From an uncultured virus (IMG/VR IMGVR_UViG_3300024270_000055) (lineage: Duplodnaviria; Heunggongvirae; Uroviricota; Caudoviricetes): a DNA stretch of 64,000 nucleotides. Below, piece by piece: positions 27,571 to 37,476 of the stretch. A program made the position numbers and the translations under genes. Below the pieces are notes generated by a model. It made no database searches. It saw only the letters and a list, made by a program, of their open reading frames with translations, and was not told the DNA's origin. Location: IMG/VR virus record IMGVR_UViG_3300024270_000055. One strand, given 5' to 3'. Numbering within the stretch: the stretch's first letter is position 1; each line of letters starts with the position of its first letter.

Positions 27571-30288
27571 ATGCACGATTCAGTTCTTAAAACAAGCGGA
27601 GACGTGGAAGTTTTCTCTTACGAGTACATTGAACGCCTTCGGCAAAAAAGAAGCGATAAAAGGATTATAGCACAACGAGGTTGTCAGGAGAAATTCTTGG
27701 CGACAAATGCCGATATTACCATATTCGGCGGGAATCGAGGCGGACCACTTTTGGTTGATACAAAAGTAGTTACACCATTTGGATACCGAAGAATCGGTGA
27801 CTTGAAGGCTGGTGACATTATATCCGCTACCGATGGAGGTATGCAGCGTGTGGTTTACAGACAAGACCACGGAAAGCTGCCTGCCTACCGATTGACATTC
27901 ATTGACGGTTCATCCGTCATTGCCTCTTACGACCATTTGTGGAATGTAAGAAGGACTTGCTACATTTCAAAGAAGAGACACTTGAACGGTCTTGACTTGA
28001 AAGATGATTGGCGAGTTTGGACTACTCAGATGATTGTAGATTTTCTCCAAAAGAAAAAGGACGGAGATTTGAAGAATGGGCACATCGTTGTTCCATTGTG
28101 CGAACCCGTAAAGTTTACGCAAGGTATTGGGCGTGGTAGAAGACCAAATTTTGACCCGTACATTTATGGTGCTTTACTTGGTGATGGATGCACGACTGAC
28201 ACCGTTATAAAACAAGGTAAATGTCTTCTTGAATCAGAGCCAAATCAAGTCGTTGAAGAATTTGAATTGGCTGGGATTGATATGGGTAATATTCGTTACA
28301 AGGAAGGTTCGCTTTCGAATAGCTATGCTATTCGTAACGAATCTCTTATTGAAGACTTGATATATTTTGACATTGCAGGTCATGGTGCACTTGATAAATA
28401 TGTTCACAAATATTTCTTGTTTGGCAATGTGGATGAAAGATGGGCTATACTTCAAGGTTTGATGGATACGGATGGTACAGTTGACAGCCGTGGGCATTGT
28501 TCGTTTACTTCAATTAGCGAACAGTTGGCTAAGGATGTAAAGTTCTTGGTTAATAGTTTGGGCGGTGTTGCTACCATATCAAAGCATGAAGCAGGATATA
28601 GAAACGAAGAAGGTGAATATGTTAGATGCAACGATGCTTATGAAGTGTACATCCGAATTAAGGATAGCGAAAGATTGTTTCGTTTACCTTATAAGAAAGC
28701 AAGATGCCGTGAATACAACGGAGGTATTAGCGAATATACAAGGCGCATCGTTGATTTTGAATATCTAGGAGAACAAGAATGTTGCTGTATTGCGGTGGAT
28801 AATGCCAACAGCCTTTTCATGGTTGAGGATTTTATCGTGACACACAATTCAAAATCGTTCTCCTTGCTCATGGAGTCATTGAAAGACATCAGGAATAGTC
28901 ATTTCAATGCTATCCTTCTCCGTAACGAACGAGATGACTTGATTGACTTGGTGAATACATCCTACCAACTTTATTCACCGTTCGGTCAGTACAACCGTTC
29001 CATCAACGACATGACTTGGAATTTCTACAACGGAGGAAAGCTGAAGTTTTCCTACTATGCGGGAGGATATGAAGACTTTGAAACCCGTTTCCGTGGTCGC
29101 CAGTATTCCTATATCGGCATTGACGAAATCACGCAGATTGCATACAAGAAGTTCAAATTCCTAGTTACCTGTAACCGTAACGCATACGGAATCAGAAACC
29201 GTTTCTACGGTACATGCAACCCCGACCCCGACTCATGGGTACGGAAGTTCATCGACTGGTGGATTGACGAGGAGGGTCTTCCCATACCCGAGAGGGATGG
29301 AATCATACGTTACTGCTTCATGGACGGTGACACCCCCGACCAAATCTATTGGGGAGCTTCACCGGAGGAAGTGTACGCACAATGCAAGGACATCATCGAC
29401 CCTTTGTGGAAAGACGAATACGAAGCATTGGGATTCAACAAGATTACCATGTTCGTGAAGTCAGCCACGTTCATCAAGGGTAAACTGGAGGAAAACATTG
29501 CCCTCATATCATCAGACCCAAACTATGTGGCTAACTTGGCTCAACAGGACGAAGAACAGCGTGCTAGAGACCTTGAAGGGAACTGGAACTTCAAGCGCAC
29601 TGGCGATGACATGATTAAGATGGAGGACATGGAGCGTTTCTTTGCGGCATCATCACAGACGGGTGGAGCTAGGTATGTGTCTGCCGACATCGCATTTGAA
29701 GGCGGTGACTTCTGTGTAATGTGGCTTTGGGATGGTCTCCACATCAAGGACATTTTCGTCATGCGTGAGAATTCGGCAAACACGGAGAAGATATTCGCCG
29801 CCAAGTTGCTTGAATGGGGAGTGCGTGAAGAGAATGTGGTATACGACTATTGGGGTGTCGGACAGGCTTTGTCTGGGCACTTCAGAAGGGCGGTGAAGTT
29901 CACTGGAACGGAGAGACCGAAAGAGCCTTTTGACAGGTCGTACAAGAACGTGAAGTCACAATGTGCCGAAATGTTGGCTCACTACATACAGGATGGAAAG
30001 ATTTCGATAGAGCCGCGTCTGCTTGACCTCCGATTCAACGGGAAGAAGGGCAAGTACAGCAATACCCCGCTTCGTCAGATATTGATGAAGGAGAGGAAGT
30101 GTATCAGACACAAGGACAATTCCTCGATAGGCGGCTTCGAGCTTGTGAACAAGGAAGGCATGATTAAGGCGGTCGGTTATTCTCCCGACTTCTTTGAATC
30201 CCTCATATACAGAATGATTTTTGAAATTAAAACCAAACACCGCAAACCGAAAGGTCTGCTAAGATACACAAAACCCATATATAGATGA
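27571..30288 (+). CDS. terL: Terminase large subunit (intein-containing)
   Basis: Walker A GGNRGG/SKS split by the intein; Walker B YIGIDE; TCNP; nuclease SADIA...SPDFFESL. Confidence 0.93.
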   Translation: MHDSVLKTSGDVEVFSYEYIERLRQKRSDKRIIAQRGCQEKFLATNADITIFGGNRGGPLLVDTKVVTPFGYRRIGDLKAGDIISATDGGMQRVVYRQDHGKLPAYRLTFIDGSSVIASYDHLWNVRRTCYISKKRHLNGLDLKDDWRVWTTQMIVDFLQKKKDGDLKNGHIVVPLCEPVKFTQGIGRGRRPNFDPYIYGALLGDGCTTDTVIKQGKCLLESEPNQVVEEFELAGIDMGNIRYKEGSLSNSYAIRNESLIEDLIYFDIAGHGALDKYVHKYFLFGNVDERWAILQGLMDTDGTVDSRGHCSFTSISEQLAKDVKFLVNSLGGVATISKHEAGYRNEEGEYVRCNDAYEVYIRIKDSERLFRLPYKKARCREYNGGISEYTRRIVDFEYLGEQECCCIAVDNANSLFMVEDFIVTHNSKSFSLLMESLKDIRNSHFNAILLRNERDDLIDLVNTSYQLYSPFGQYNRSINDMTWNFYNGGKLKFSYYAGGYEDFETRFRGRQYSYIGIDEITQIAYKKFKFLVTCNRNAYGIRNRFYGTCNPDPDSWVRKFIDWWIDEEGLPIPERDGIIRYCFMDGDTPDQIYWGASPEEVYAQCKDIIDPLWKDEYEALGFNKITMFVKSATFIKGKLEENIALISSDPNYVANLAQQDEEQRARDLEGNWNFKRTGDDMIKMEDMERFFAASSQTGGARYVSADIAFEGGDFCVMWLWDGLHIKDIFVMRENSANTEKIFAAKLLEWGVREENVVYDYWGVGQALSGHFRRAVKFTGTERPKEPFDRSYKNVKSQCAEMLAHYIQDGKISIEPRLLDLRFNGKKGKYSNTPLRQILMKERKCIRHKDNSSIGGFELVNKEGMIKAVGYSPDFFESLIYRMIFEIKTKHRKPKGLLRYTKPIYR
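27745..28848 (+). mobile_element. Class-3 intein (368 aa) with LAGLIDADG homing endonuclease
   Basis: Starts PLLVDTKVVTPFG and ends IVTHN|S; W in DHLW, C in CCIAV, T in VTHN; endonuclease motifs GALLGDG and QGLMDTDG. Confidence 0.92.
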
Positions 30289-31835
30289 AGGCAAAGGATA
30301 TAAAGACTAAGAAGCCGTGGCGTAGAGTTAAGCCTATAGGTTATCTCACAGGCGGCGTTTTCAATTACGGTGAAGAACCTCTGTATTCGGACGACACCGT
30401 AATGTTCAACGTGGTAAGGCAATCGGATTTCCTCAGGGAGTATTATCCGAGCGGTCATAGAATCAACGACACGTCCCATTACCCCGACATTTACAAGGAA
30501 GAGAATGTTCCCGTACTTGATGAAAATGGAAACCCGACCGAAAAGATGCAGCGGAAAGTCTATTGCGAGAAGCTTCCTAGGTATTCATTCGCATTCCAAC
30601 AGATTATCACTACCAAGCAGTTGGTTCACCTTTGCGGCAATGACATCCAGTTTGAACTGAACACTTCAGAGCCTACCGCCAAGGAACAGGACGACTTCAA
30701 GCTTTTCAAGGAGGGATGGCTAGGCAAGGACATGGAAGTGGCGTTCTACGAGGCTGCAAAATCCGTCAAGATAACGGGAGACGGCGCTATTGTAGGATTC
30801 CTCAACAATGGAGAGTTCGGCTACAAGGTGTTGTCCTATCTGTACGGAGACACACTCTATCCTCACTATGATTCCATTACAGGAAAGCTCAATGTATTTG
30901 CACGTTCCTATTATGACTACGACGATGAAGGGGAAATAGTATGCGAATGGCTGGAAGTATGGGACAATACAATGCTCCGTCGTTTCAAGAAGGCTGGAGA
31001 CAAGTACCAGTCGTTTACTGACAAGATATTGGGCATTTTCAATCTAAGCGGATATACGCTCGTTGAGGAGAAGCCTCATGGATTCCCGTTCATCCCTGTT
31101 GCATACAGACGTGACGAGAACGGTGCTTGTTGGTCTGCTTCACAGAACTCGATAGACGGGTATGAAATGACTTTCTCGCAGATGGCTCACAACAACCAGG
31201 CTTTCGGTGAACCTATCCTTTATCTTCAAGGAGAGGATGTGGAAATGACACACGACATCAACGGCTCGCTTAAAATACTCTCTATGGGAACGGATGACAA
31301 GGCTGGGTATCTTGAATCACAGTCCGCTTCCGAATCGTTCATGAAGCAGCTGGACACACTCTACAGGATGATTAACGAACAGAGCTTTGCGGTTATACCT
31401 CCAGAGTTGCGTTCGGGCGACCTTCCTGCCGCAGCATTGAAGATTCTCTATTCCCCCGCATACGAAAAAGCCACTTGTGATGCCGCCGAATACCAGCCTT
31501 TCCTCAACGCAATGGTGGAAATGTTCATGTTCGGGTATGGAGTTGAATCTGAAAAGAGCATCGACTTTACAAACCTACCTATTAAGTGGTGGATTAAGGC
31601 GTACATACATTTGAACGAATCAGCGATTGTGACCGACTTGTCGGCTGCTGTACAGAACGGCTTCATTTCGAAGGAAACCGCTTCGGAACGAATACCTTTC
31701 TATGCCACAGTAGGAGAATGGGAAAGAGTGATGAAGGAATACAAGGAGCAACAGCAACAGGACTTGCTGGCTGAAATCAAGCTCCATGATGCCACTCAAC
31801 CCGACGATGCCGTACAAGTAGAAAAGACTGAATGA
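30285..31835 (+). CDS. Portal protein (SPP1 gp6-like)
   Basis: 516 aa directly after terL; HGFPFIPV, SGDLPAAALKILY, GFISKETA. Confidence 0.85.
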   Translation: MKAKDIKTKKPWRRVKPIGYLTGGVFNYGEEPLYSDDTVMFNVVRQSDFLREYYPSGHRINDTSHYPDIYKEENVPVLDENGNPTEKMQRKVYCEKLPRYSFAFQQIITTKQLVHLCGNDIQFELNTSEPTAKEQDDFKLFKEGWLGKDMEVAFYEAAKSVKITGDGAIVGFLNNGEFGYKVLSYLYGDTLYPHYDSITGKLNVFARSYYDYDDEGEIVCEWLEVWDNTMLRRFKKAGDKYQSFTDKILGIFNLSGYTLVEEKPHGFPFIPVAYRRDENGACWSASQNSIDGYEMTFSQMAHNNQAFGEPILYLQGEDVEMTHDINGSLKILSMGTDDKAGYLESQSASESFMKQLDTLYRMINEQSFAVIPPELRSGDLPAAALKILYSPAYEKATCDAAEYQPFLNAMVEMFMFGYGVESEKSIDFTNLPIKWWIKAYIHLNESAIVTDLSAAVQNGFISKETASERIPFYATVGEWERVMKEYKEQQQQDLLAEIKLHDATQPDDAVQVEKTE

Positions 31836-32617
31836 TGTATACAGACAAGGACATAGAAGAAGCGAAAGCCTTTATCCGAAAGAGGGTAAACGCTGAAATC
31901 TCCATGCAGAACCATTTGGATGAAGCACTCATTTGGGCTGCAAGGGAGATTATCAGAATATCCTACAAGTACAAGATTAAGGCTTCGCTGTTCAAGTTCT
32001 CCGTGAATCCAGAACTAAAGAAGGAGGTCGATGCTGTATTGGCTAAGCTTCGTGAGATGCTCTATGAATATACTGAAACTCTCAGTGTGGCGGTAGATAA
32101 TAAGCAGAAAGACGATATTATCCTTTACATCAACGAAGAAACCTACGGATACACCTTGAAGGAGCGCATCAATACCTATACCAACCGATACAAGTATGAG
32201 CTTGAAGCCTTCATTGCATCGGGTCTTGCTTTCGGATATGGAGTGAACAAGCTACTTTCCACCGTAAGGGCTAACATGAATGCACCCTACAACAATGAAC
32301 TTTTCCGAAACACCGTTGTTAGAGGAGGTATGGCAGCAACTCGCATCAAGACGGGTGGCATCAGCTATGGTCAAGGTCATTCCAATTCCGCAAGAAATCT
32401 GTTGCTAACGCTTACTAGGCACACCATCGGTTCAGCATGGATGAACGTGTACGGCTCAAATGCCTATCGGGACGGAGCTATTGGATTTTATTCGTTCAGA
32501 GGAAGCAGCTACCCGTGTCGTACTTGTCAAAGCATGGTGGGCTATCATCCCATTCAAGAGTATCAAGGAGAATGGCACTTGAACTGCCGATGTTACTTCG
32601 TATTTGTCTACAACTAA
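31832..32617 (+). CDS. Minor head morphogenesis protein (gp7/MuF-like)
   Basis: C-terminal CRTC...HLNCRC; follows the portal. Confidence 0.75.
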   Translation: MMYTDKDIEEAKAFIRKRVNAEISMQNHLDEALIWAAREIIRISYKYKIKASLFKFSVNPELKKEVDAVLAKLREMLYEYTETLSVAVDNKQKDDIILYINEETYGYTLKERINTYTNRYKYELEAFIASGLAFGYGVNKLLSTVRANMNAPYNNELFRNTVVRGGMAATRIKTGGISYGQGHSNSARNLLLTLTRHTIGSAWMNVYGSNAYRDGAIGFYSFRGSSYPCRTCQSMVGYHPIQEYQGEWHLNCRCYFVFVYN

Positions 32618-32632
32618 TATACCTTATTATAT

Positions 32633-33184
32633 ATGGCTTTACCAAAACCGACCAACGCACTTCTGAAGGAGTGCAAGAAATACAAGCTACGGACACCCAT
32701 GCACAAGGTCTTCTGCGAACTCGTGCTTGCAGGATGGGAGAAGGAGGATGCATACGCCTTCAGTGGGCTATGGAATCCTACATACTCCACTCTTATGAAC
32801 ATACAGGACATGAACCACCTTCTTAAAGAAGATGTAGGGGTAGTAAACTACATCGACATGAGAGTGAAGGAAATGGAACTGCTGAAGAAGAAAGCTAAAC
32901 GTGCGGCAGTCGAAGAAGAAAAGGCAAAGACCGAGCTTGCCGAGATTGACATGACAACCGAGCTTTCCAAGGAAATGCAGTTGAAGGAACTCCTAATCGC
33001 AAAACAGAAGCACCCTGTAGGCAGCAAGGAATGGCTAGACATCAAGAAGCTCATTGCGGATTTGTCCAAAGTCAAGCAGGATGATTTACAGGACGAAGAG
33101 GACATTGTACACTTCTACGTCCCTATCCAATGTCACAATTGCTCTCTCTACATGGCTCAGAAGGCGAAAATGGAGAAAAAATAG
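32633..33184 (+). CDS. Hypothetical protein, possibly terminase small subunit
   Basis: N-terminal HTH-like KVFCELV...AY, coiled coil, C-terminal CxxC; in the packaging operon. Confidence 0.4.
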   Translation: MALPKPTNALLKECKKYKLRTPMHKVFCELVLAGWEKEDAYAFSGLWNPTYSTLMNIQDMNHLLKEDVGVVNYIDMRVKEMELLKKKAKRAAVEEEKAKTELAEIDMTTELSKEMQLKELLIAKQKHPVGSKEWLDIKKLIADLSKVKQDDLQDEEDIVHFYVPIQCHNCSLYMAQKAKMEKK

Positions 33185-33272
33185 TATATTTGCAAAAAAC
33201 CCGATGTTATGGAAAAGATTAAGTTGTCCAGTAGAGAGAAAGATAGTTGTAAATGAAACTACTTGCAAAAAG

Positions 33273-33302
33273 AAAAGCGGAGTTTATTGCTCCGCTTTAT
33301 TT
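33273..33302. terminator. Bidirectional terminator
   Basis: AAAGCGGAG-N7-CTCCGCTTT between convergent genes. Confidence 0.75.
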
Positions 33303-33303
33303 G

Positions 33304-33690
33304 TTATCTCTTGTTGGCTTTGAACTTATACTTGTCGCCAATTGAGTTTGAATAGTCAATTACAGCCTTACTTCCGTCCAATTCAACGAATTTGTAATAT
33401 TCCGTAATCGGGTCTATAGTAGTGCCTACCACTGTATTTCCTTGTAATTCCCAAGTTCCTCTATAATACTCGTCAAGGAAGTTTACAGTATAAGTTCCGT
33501 TACTATTGAGATTGATGTAAATGAATCCTTTAGGAACATCCATACTCTCTCCATTTTGTTCAGCCCAATAAACATCCCATTCACCTGCAACAAGAGCAGT
33601 TGTAATCTCAACATCGTCATCAGACGAACAAGCGGTAAAAACCATCATCGGCAGCATCGCCAACAAAAACAAAATCTTCTTCATAATCAT
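33304..33690 (-). CDS. Lipocalin-like surface lipoprotein (moron)
   Basis: Signal peptide and lipobox FTAC, acidic SSDDD export signal, VAGEW lipocalin-like motif. Confidence 0.8.
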   Translation of the reverse strand: MIMKKILFLLAMLPMMVFTACSSDDDVEITTALVAGEWDVYWAEQNGESMDVPKGFIYINLNSNGTYTVNFLDEYYRGTWELQGNTVVGTTIDPITEYYKFVELDGSKAVIDYSNSIGDKYKFKANKR

Positions 33691-33801
33691 ATAGTTTTTA
33701 GAATTAGTTCACAAAATTACCCACAATAAATGAAAGTAGGATAGGGAAGGAGTATGTTTGAGAACATAAAGAAAGGAGAGTGTCATGCTCCCCTTAACTC
33801 T

Positions 33802-33975
33802 TTACCAAGACCTCTTGTCCTTAAAATTCACACACCAATCGTAGTTCAGAAACATGCTCCTCGTCTGAAACTTGCATTTACAGAGGAAAGGTTCGCCCTT
33901 CGCTCCAATCTCATGAAAGTCCGTGGCGAACCTGCAATCCCTACACCTCTGCGTCGGTCTTTCCTTCTTCGCCAT
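33802..33975 (-). CDS. 57-aa Cys-rich protein (below the ORF-track cutoff)
   Basis: MAKKERPTQRCRDCRFA...FLCKC...WCVNFKDKRSW, overlapping the upstream gene's end. Confidence 0.6.
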   Translation of the reverse strand: MAKKERPTQRCRDCRFATDFHEIGAKGEPFLCKCKFQTRSMFLNYDWCVNFKDKRSW

Positions 33976-34351
33976 CCGCAGACTTCCTTAGTTCCTCACC
34001 AAGCTCGTACTCAACCTTCATTTCACGGATGATTTCAAGCTCTTCCTCCGCAGTGGCAGGCTTCACCTTCTCGGCAATCTCACCGTAAACCTCCAGACAC
34101 TTCACATAAAGGTGATAGAACACAGGGTCAAACACATGGATGAACGATGACATGATGCCTATACATGTCTGGAAACCGTCATGTACGCTTTCATCATCCA
34201 CCGCAGCCTCAATCTTAGGGTACGCCTCATCGAGTGACGAATACTCCCATGCAAACTCACCGCTTACAGGCTTGATACGAATGAAGGGAACACCCTCCTT
34301 GTTGTACTTGGTAACAATCCAGTTACCCAATCTCTTCTTTCCGAAATCCAT
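33941..34351 (-). CDS. Hypothetical protein
   Basis: 136-aa ORF downstream of the primase-helicase. Confidence 0.65.
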   Translation of the reverse strand: MDFGKKRLGNWIVTKYNKEGVPFIRIKPVSGEFAWEYSSLDEAYPKIEAAVDDESVHDGFQTCIGIMSSFIHVFDPVFYHLYVKCLEVYGEIAEKVKPATAEEELEIIREMKVEYELGEELRKSADGEEGKTDAEV

Positions 34352-34371
34352 AATTCTGTCGTGTTATAAAG

Positions 34372-36051
34372 TTAGTCAATGTCTATATCCTCAATATTTT
34401 CAAGCTCCTCGTTTCCAAGAACCGCCTCCAAGTCGAGAATCTTCTCTATCGAAGGTATCGCAGCAGTGAATATCATCGAATTGTGCGGCTCGCTCCAGTA
34501 CATGATATAACCGTTGCAGTTGTTCGCACCGAAACCTATCCTCTTGCTGAATCCCAAAGTACCGAAGTCAAGACTCAGCTTATGCGCACTCTTCACATAG
34601 GACGCTATACCGTTGCTGATACAGAACTTCTTGTAATTCTCATAAATATCCGTAGATGATACAAGAACTGAATGTTTATGCACTTCATCCATGATAGGGG
34701 TTATATCCTTGAAACGTACATACTCGATGATGCTTCCGTGAACCTTCTTCCCGTTCACCACCACCACGCTCTTGTTCGCATTGTGACGGACTTTCTCAAC
34801 CCTTCCGAAAAGGGAATCATGTATCTTCCACTTGTTCGACTTCAGACGCTTGTAACCACGAACCATCCACATGAAGATACCCTCCTTCTCCTTCAGGAGC
34901 TTGTCGGAGAGCTCAGGGTCACGCTTGTCCTCAGGCACTTTCTTGTCGAAGTTCAGTAGAAGCACACGCCTAGCCATGCTCTCGTCGTTCGGGGAATCCT
35001 TAGGTATAAGCTCCACTTCACCCCAATCATAGTTGGAATTGCACATGAATATAGGTATGTCAACCACAGGCTTCGTGTTCTCCCCGATACCACGTGCAGC
35101 CATACTCTCCCCGGATGCAGCAGCCTTCACAAGCTCAGGTCTACGGAACTCGTTGGGGGACATCTCCGTACAATACGCAAACCTGCATCCCTCTATCGCC
35201 CTACGGGAATTGAAACCGTCAAAACCCTCCTTCGTAAGCGAGCTGAACTGAAGGTTGGGAAATACCTCCTCCTTGCCGAATATACCGTCAAGGACATCCT
35301 TCACCACACTCTTGCCGTTAGCACCAGTACCGTACAGTATCATCAGATACTCGAACTTGACCTTCCTTCTGTCTATGAAACCACCTCCCAAGAACTTCTG
35401 CAACACGACACGCTTGTGTCTCTCCGGGAGTACACCGTCAATCTCTTCAGGGTCTTGACCTTCAAACGCAGGGATGCCCAAGAACTTCTTCCAAGTAGGA
35501 CACTCAGCCTTCGGATTCCACCTGAAGTCATACTGCTTCACGCAATGGTAGTCGGGAGAGAAAGGACGCAACACATCCTTGTAGGACTTTACACCCACAT
35601 CCTTGAAATCAACCACGCCGTTCCTGAAGCACATCAAGTCAAGACGGGGTTCAAGCCTACGCACTTCCAACGCACGCTTCACGCTCTTGTAACAAGCCTT
35701 CTCCAGCTTGGAATAATACTTGTGGTTCATCTTGCAGTGGTCGAACAACCAGCCACCATAAACCGTATCAACAACAAGCGTCATCGGAATCTTCTCGTAA
35801 TACTCCCCATTGTATATACGCAAATGACCGAAATAATCGGGATTGTTGTCCTTGGAATAGGAAGCAAGAGGAAGCTCGGACATCACTTCGGAAATCAGCC
35901 TTTCAAACAAAAGACGTGCCGCACCAACCGTACTGCATGAGTCCAAAGCAGCAGCCTTGGATACATACTTAGAAGACATCGGAATGAGAAAATTCATCAA
36001 CAAACCACGTAAACGGTTGACTTTCAATTCACTATCGAAAACTATCGCCAT
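34372..36051 (-). CDS. D5/P4-family primase-associated SF3 helicase
   Basis: FRNGVVD (D5_N), Walker A GTGANGKS, CTEM, CNSN, MARRVLLLNF. Confidence 0.88.
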   Translation of the reverse strand: MAIVFDSELKVNRLRGLLMNFLIPMSSKYVSKAAALDSCSTVGAARLLFERLISEVMSELPLASYSKDNNPDYFGHLRIYNGEYYEKIPMTLVVDTVYGGWLFDHCKMNHKYYSKLEKACYKSVKRALEVRRLEPRLDLMCFRNGVVDFKDVGVKSYKDVLRPFSPDYHCVKQYDFRWNPKAECPTWKKFLGIPAFEGQDPEEIDGVLPERHKRVVLQKFLGGGFIDRRKVKFEYLMILYGTGANGKSVVKDVLDGIFGKEEVFPNLQFSSLTKEGFDGFNSRRAIEGCRFAYCTEMSPNEFRRPELVKAAASGESMAARGIGENTKPVVDIPIFMCNSNYDWGEVELIPKDSPNDESMARRVLLLNFDKKVPEDKRDPELSDKLLKEKEGIFMWMVRGYKRLKSNKWKIHDSLFGRVEKVRHNANKSVVVVNGKKVHGSIIEYVRFKDITPIMDEVHKHSVLVSSTDIYENYKKFCISNGIASYVKSAHKLSLDFGTLGFSKRIGFGANNCNGYIMYWSEPHNSMIFTAAIPSIEKILDLEAVLGNEELENIEDIDID

Positions 36052-36540
36052 AAATCTGTCGTGTGTAAGTTAAAAGTAAAAAATATAATATATAATAATA
36101 AACAACTAAACCTATATATAAGTGTATGTGTTCTATATCTTCTCTACAAAGATAGAAAAATACTAAATATCAAACAATTACAAAAGGTGAAAAGTTTTAA
36201 AGATTATGCCAAAAAATAGGAGAAAACCGAAGACTTTAATTAAAGTGGTTAAATATGCAATAAATATACAATTTAATGCAAGAATATACAAAATAAGGAA
36301 AAACGAAAAAATCGGGAAGAAAAAATTTTTATGAGGGGTAAATGCGTGATTTTAAATTCAATATAAGGGGGGTAGGGGCACTATCTTGTAAGCGATTGGG
36401 GGTTAATGGGTTATGATTATATTAATGTTATAGTTATAACATAAACAACAAAATAAGGCTTACATCTACCAGAAGAAACAAAACTAAAAACCTGAGATTT
36501 TTCATCCTAAAACAGGTGCAAAGGTTTTGAGGTTGTAACC

Positions 36541-36640
36541 NNNNNNNNNNNNNNNNNNNNNNNNNNNNNNNNNNNNNNNNNNNNNNNNNNNNNNNNNNNN
36601 NNNNNNNNNNNNNNNNNNNNNNNNNNNNNNNNNNNNNNNN
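36541..36640. other. Assembly gap (100 N) flanked by a 127-bp duplicated overlap
   Basis: 36414..36540 is identical to 36641..36767. Confidence 0.95.
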
Positions 36641-36973
36641 TGATTATATTAATGTTATAGTTATAACATAAACAACAAAATAAGGCTTACATCTACCAGA
36701 AGAAACAAAACTAAAAACCTGAGATTTTTCATCCTAAAACAGGTGCAAAGGTTTTGAGGTTGTAACCCTCACCTCTTTATAAATACACTAACAAAACATA
36801 CCCTCAATTACCACTACATCCAGATAGCTGGTACTTGTATTAATTCCTTTATTCCTGATGCTTCGTATCCTGATAAACTACCCGACAACCTAATATCAAA
36901 ACAATATCATTAAAAACATGTTCTACAACACCCAAAAAAATCCGTAATTTATTGAAAATAAAGTAGTTATTTC

Positions 36974-37004
36974 TTTGGTATATCATAAAAAAGTTGTATA
37001 TTTG
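36974..37004 (+). promoter_or_regulatory. Bacteroidota sigma-A promoter for the small-gene region
   Basis: TTTG (36974) and TATATTTG (36997). Confidence 0.65.
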
Positions 37005-37280
37005 TATATCCTAATAAGGGATAAGCGAGTTACAAAATAATGATGAAAAGAAAGGAGTCCCGAAGTACGCCAATACTCCAGAACTCCAAAAGGTTGGGTA
37101 ATTGGAAAGAACTACCCCCCCCCACAACAGGGAACAAAAGTAGTTCTTTCTTCTTTCCTCTCCAAATTCTTTCCTATTTATTTTTTTGATTTATTGAATA
37201 TCTGACGGGCAAAGGATATAGTTTGGTATAGTACCAAACGAAAGCGGAGGGCTTTAACCCTCCACCAAATCCCGTAAATT

Positions 37281-37343
37281 ATGGAAATACGTTTTTCCGT
37301 TAGGTTCTGGAAGATTAAATTCACTTTCATTCTAGCCCTTTGA
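37281..37343 (+). CDS. 20-aa hydrophobic/basic peptide (candidate type I toxin)
   Basis: MEIRFSVRFWKIKFTFILAL, covered by a predicted antisense transcript. Confidence 0.5.
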   Translation: MEIRFSVRFWKIKFTFILAL

Positions 37344-37476
37344 TAGTGAACTTTGCAGAACTGGGGGGAATATAAGGAGTTCCCCCCTTTACGGTTTTCC
37401 TATTTCCTTTGCAAATATAGATATTCTTTGAACAACTCGCCAAATCTGATTGTTTAATTTAAAAAATATTAAGATT

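Noticed and set aside
36414..36767. 127-bp direct repeat flanking the N run as a biological terminal repeat
   Set aside because: Exact copy abutting both gap edges with a length typical of an assembler k-mer; most likely an overlap artefact
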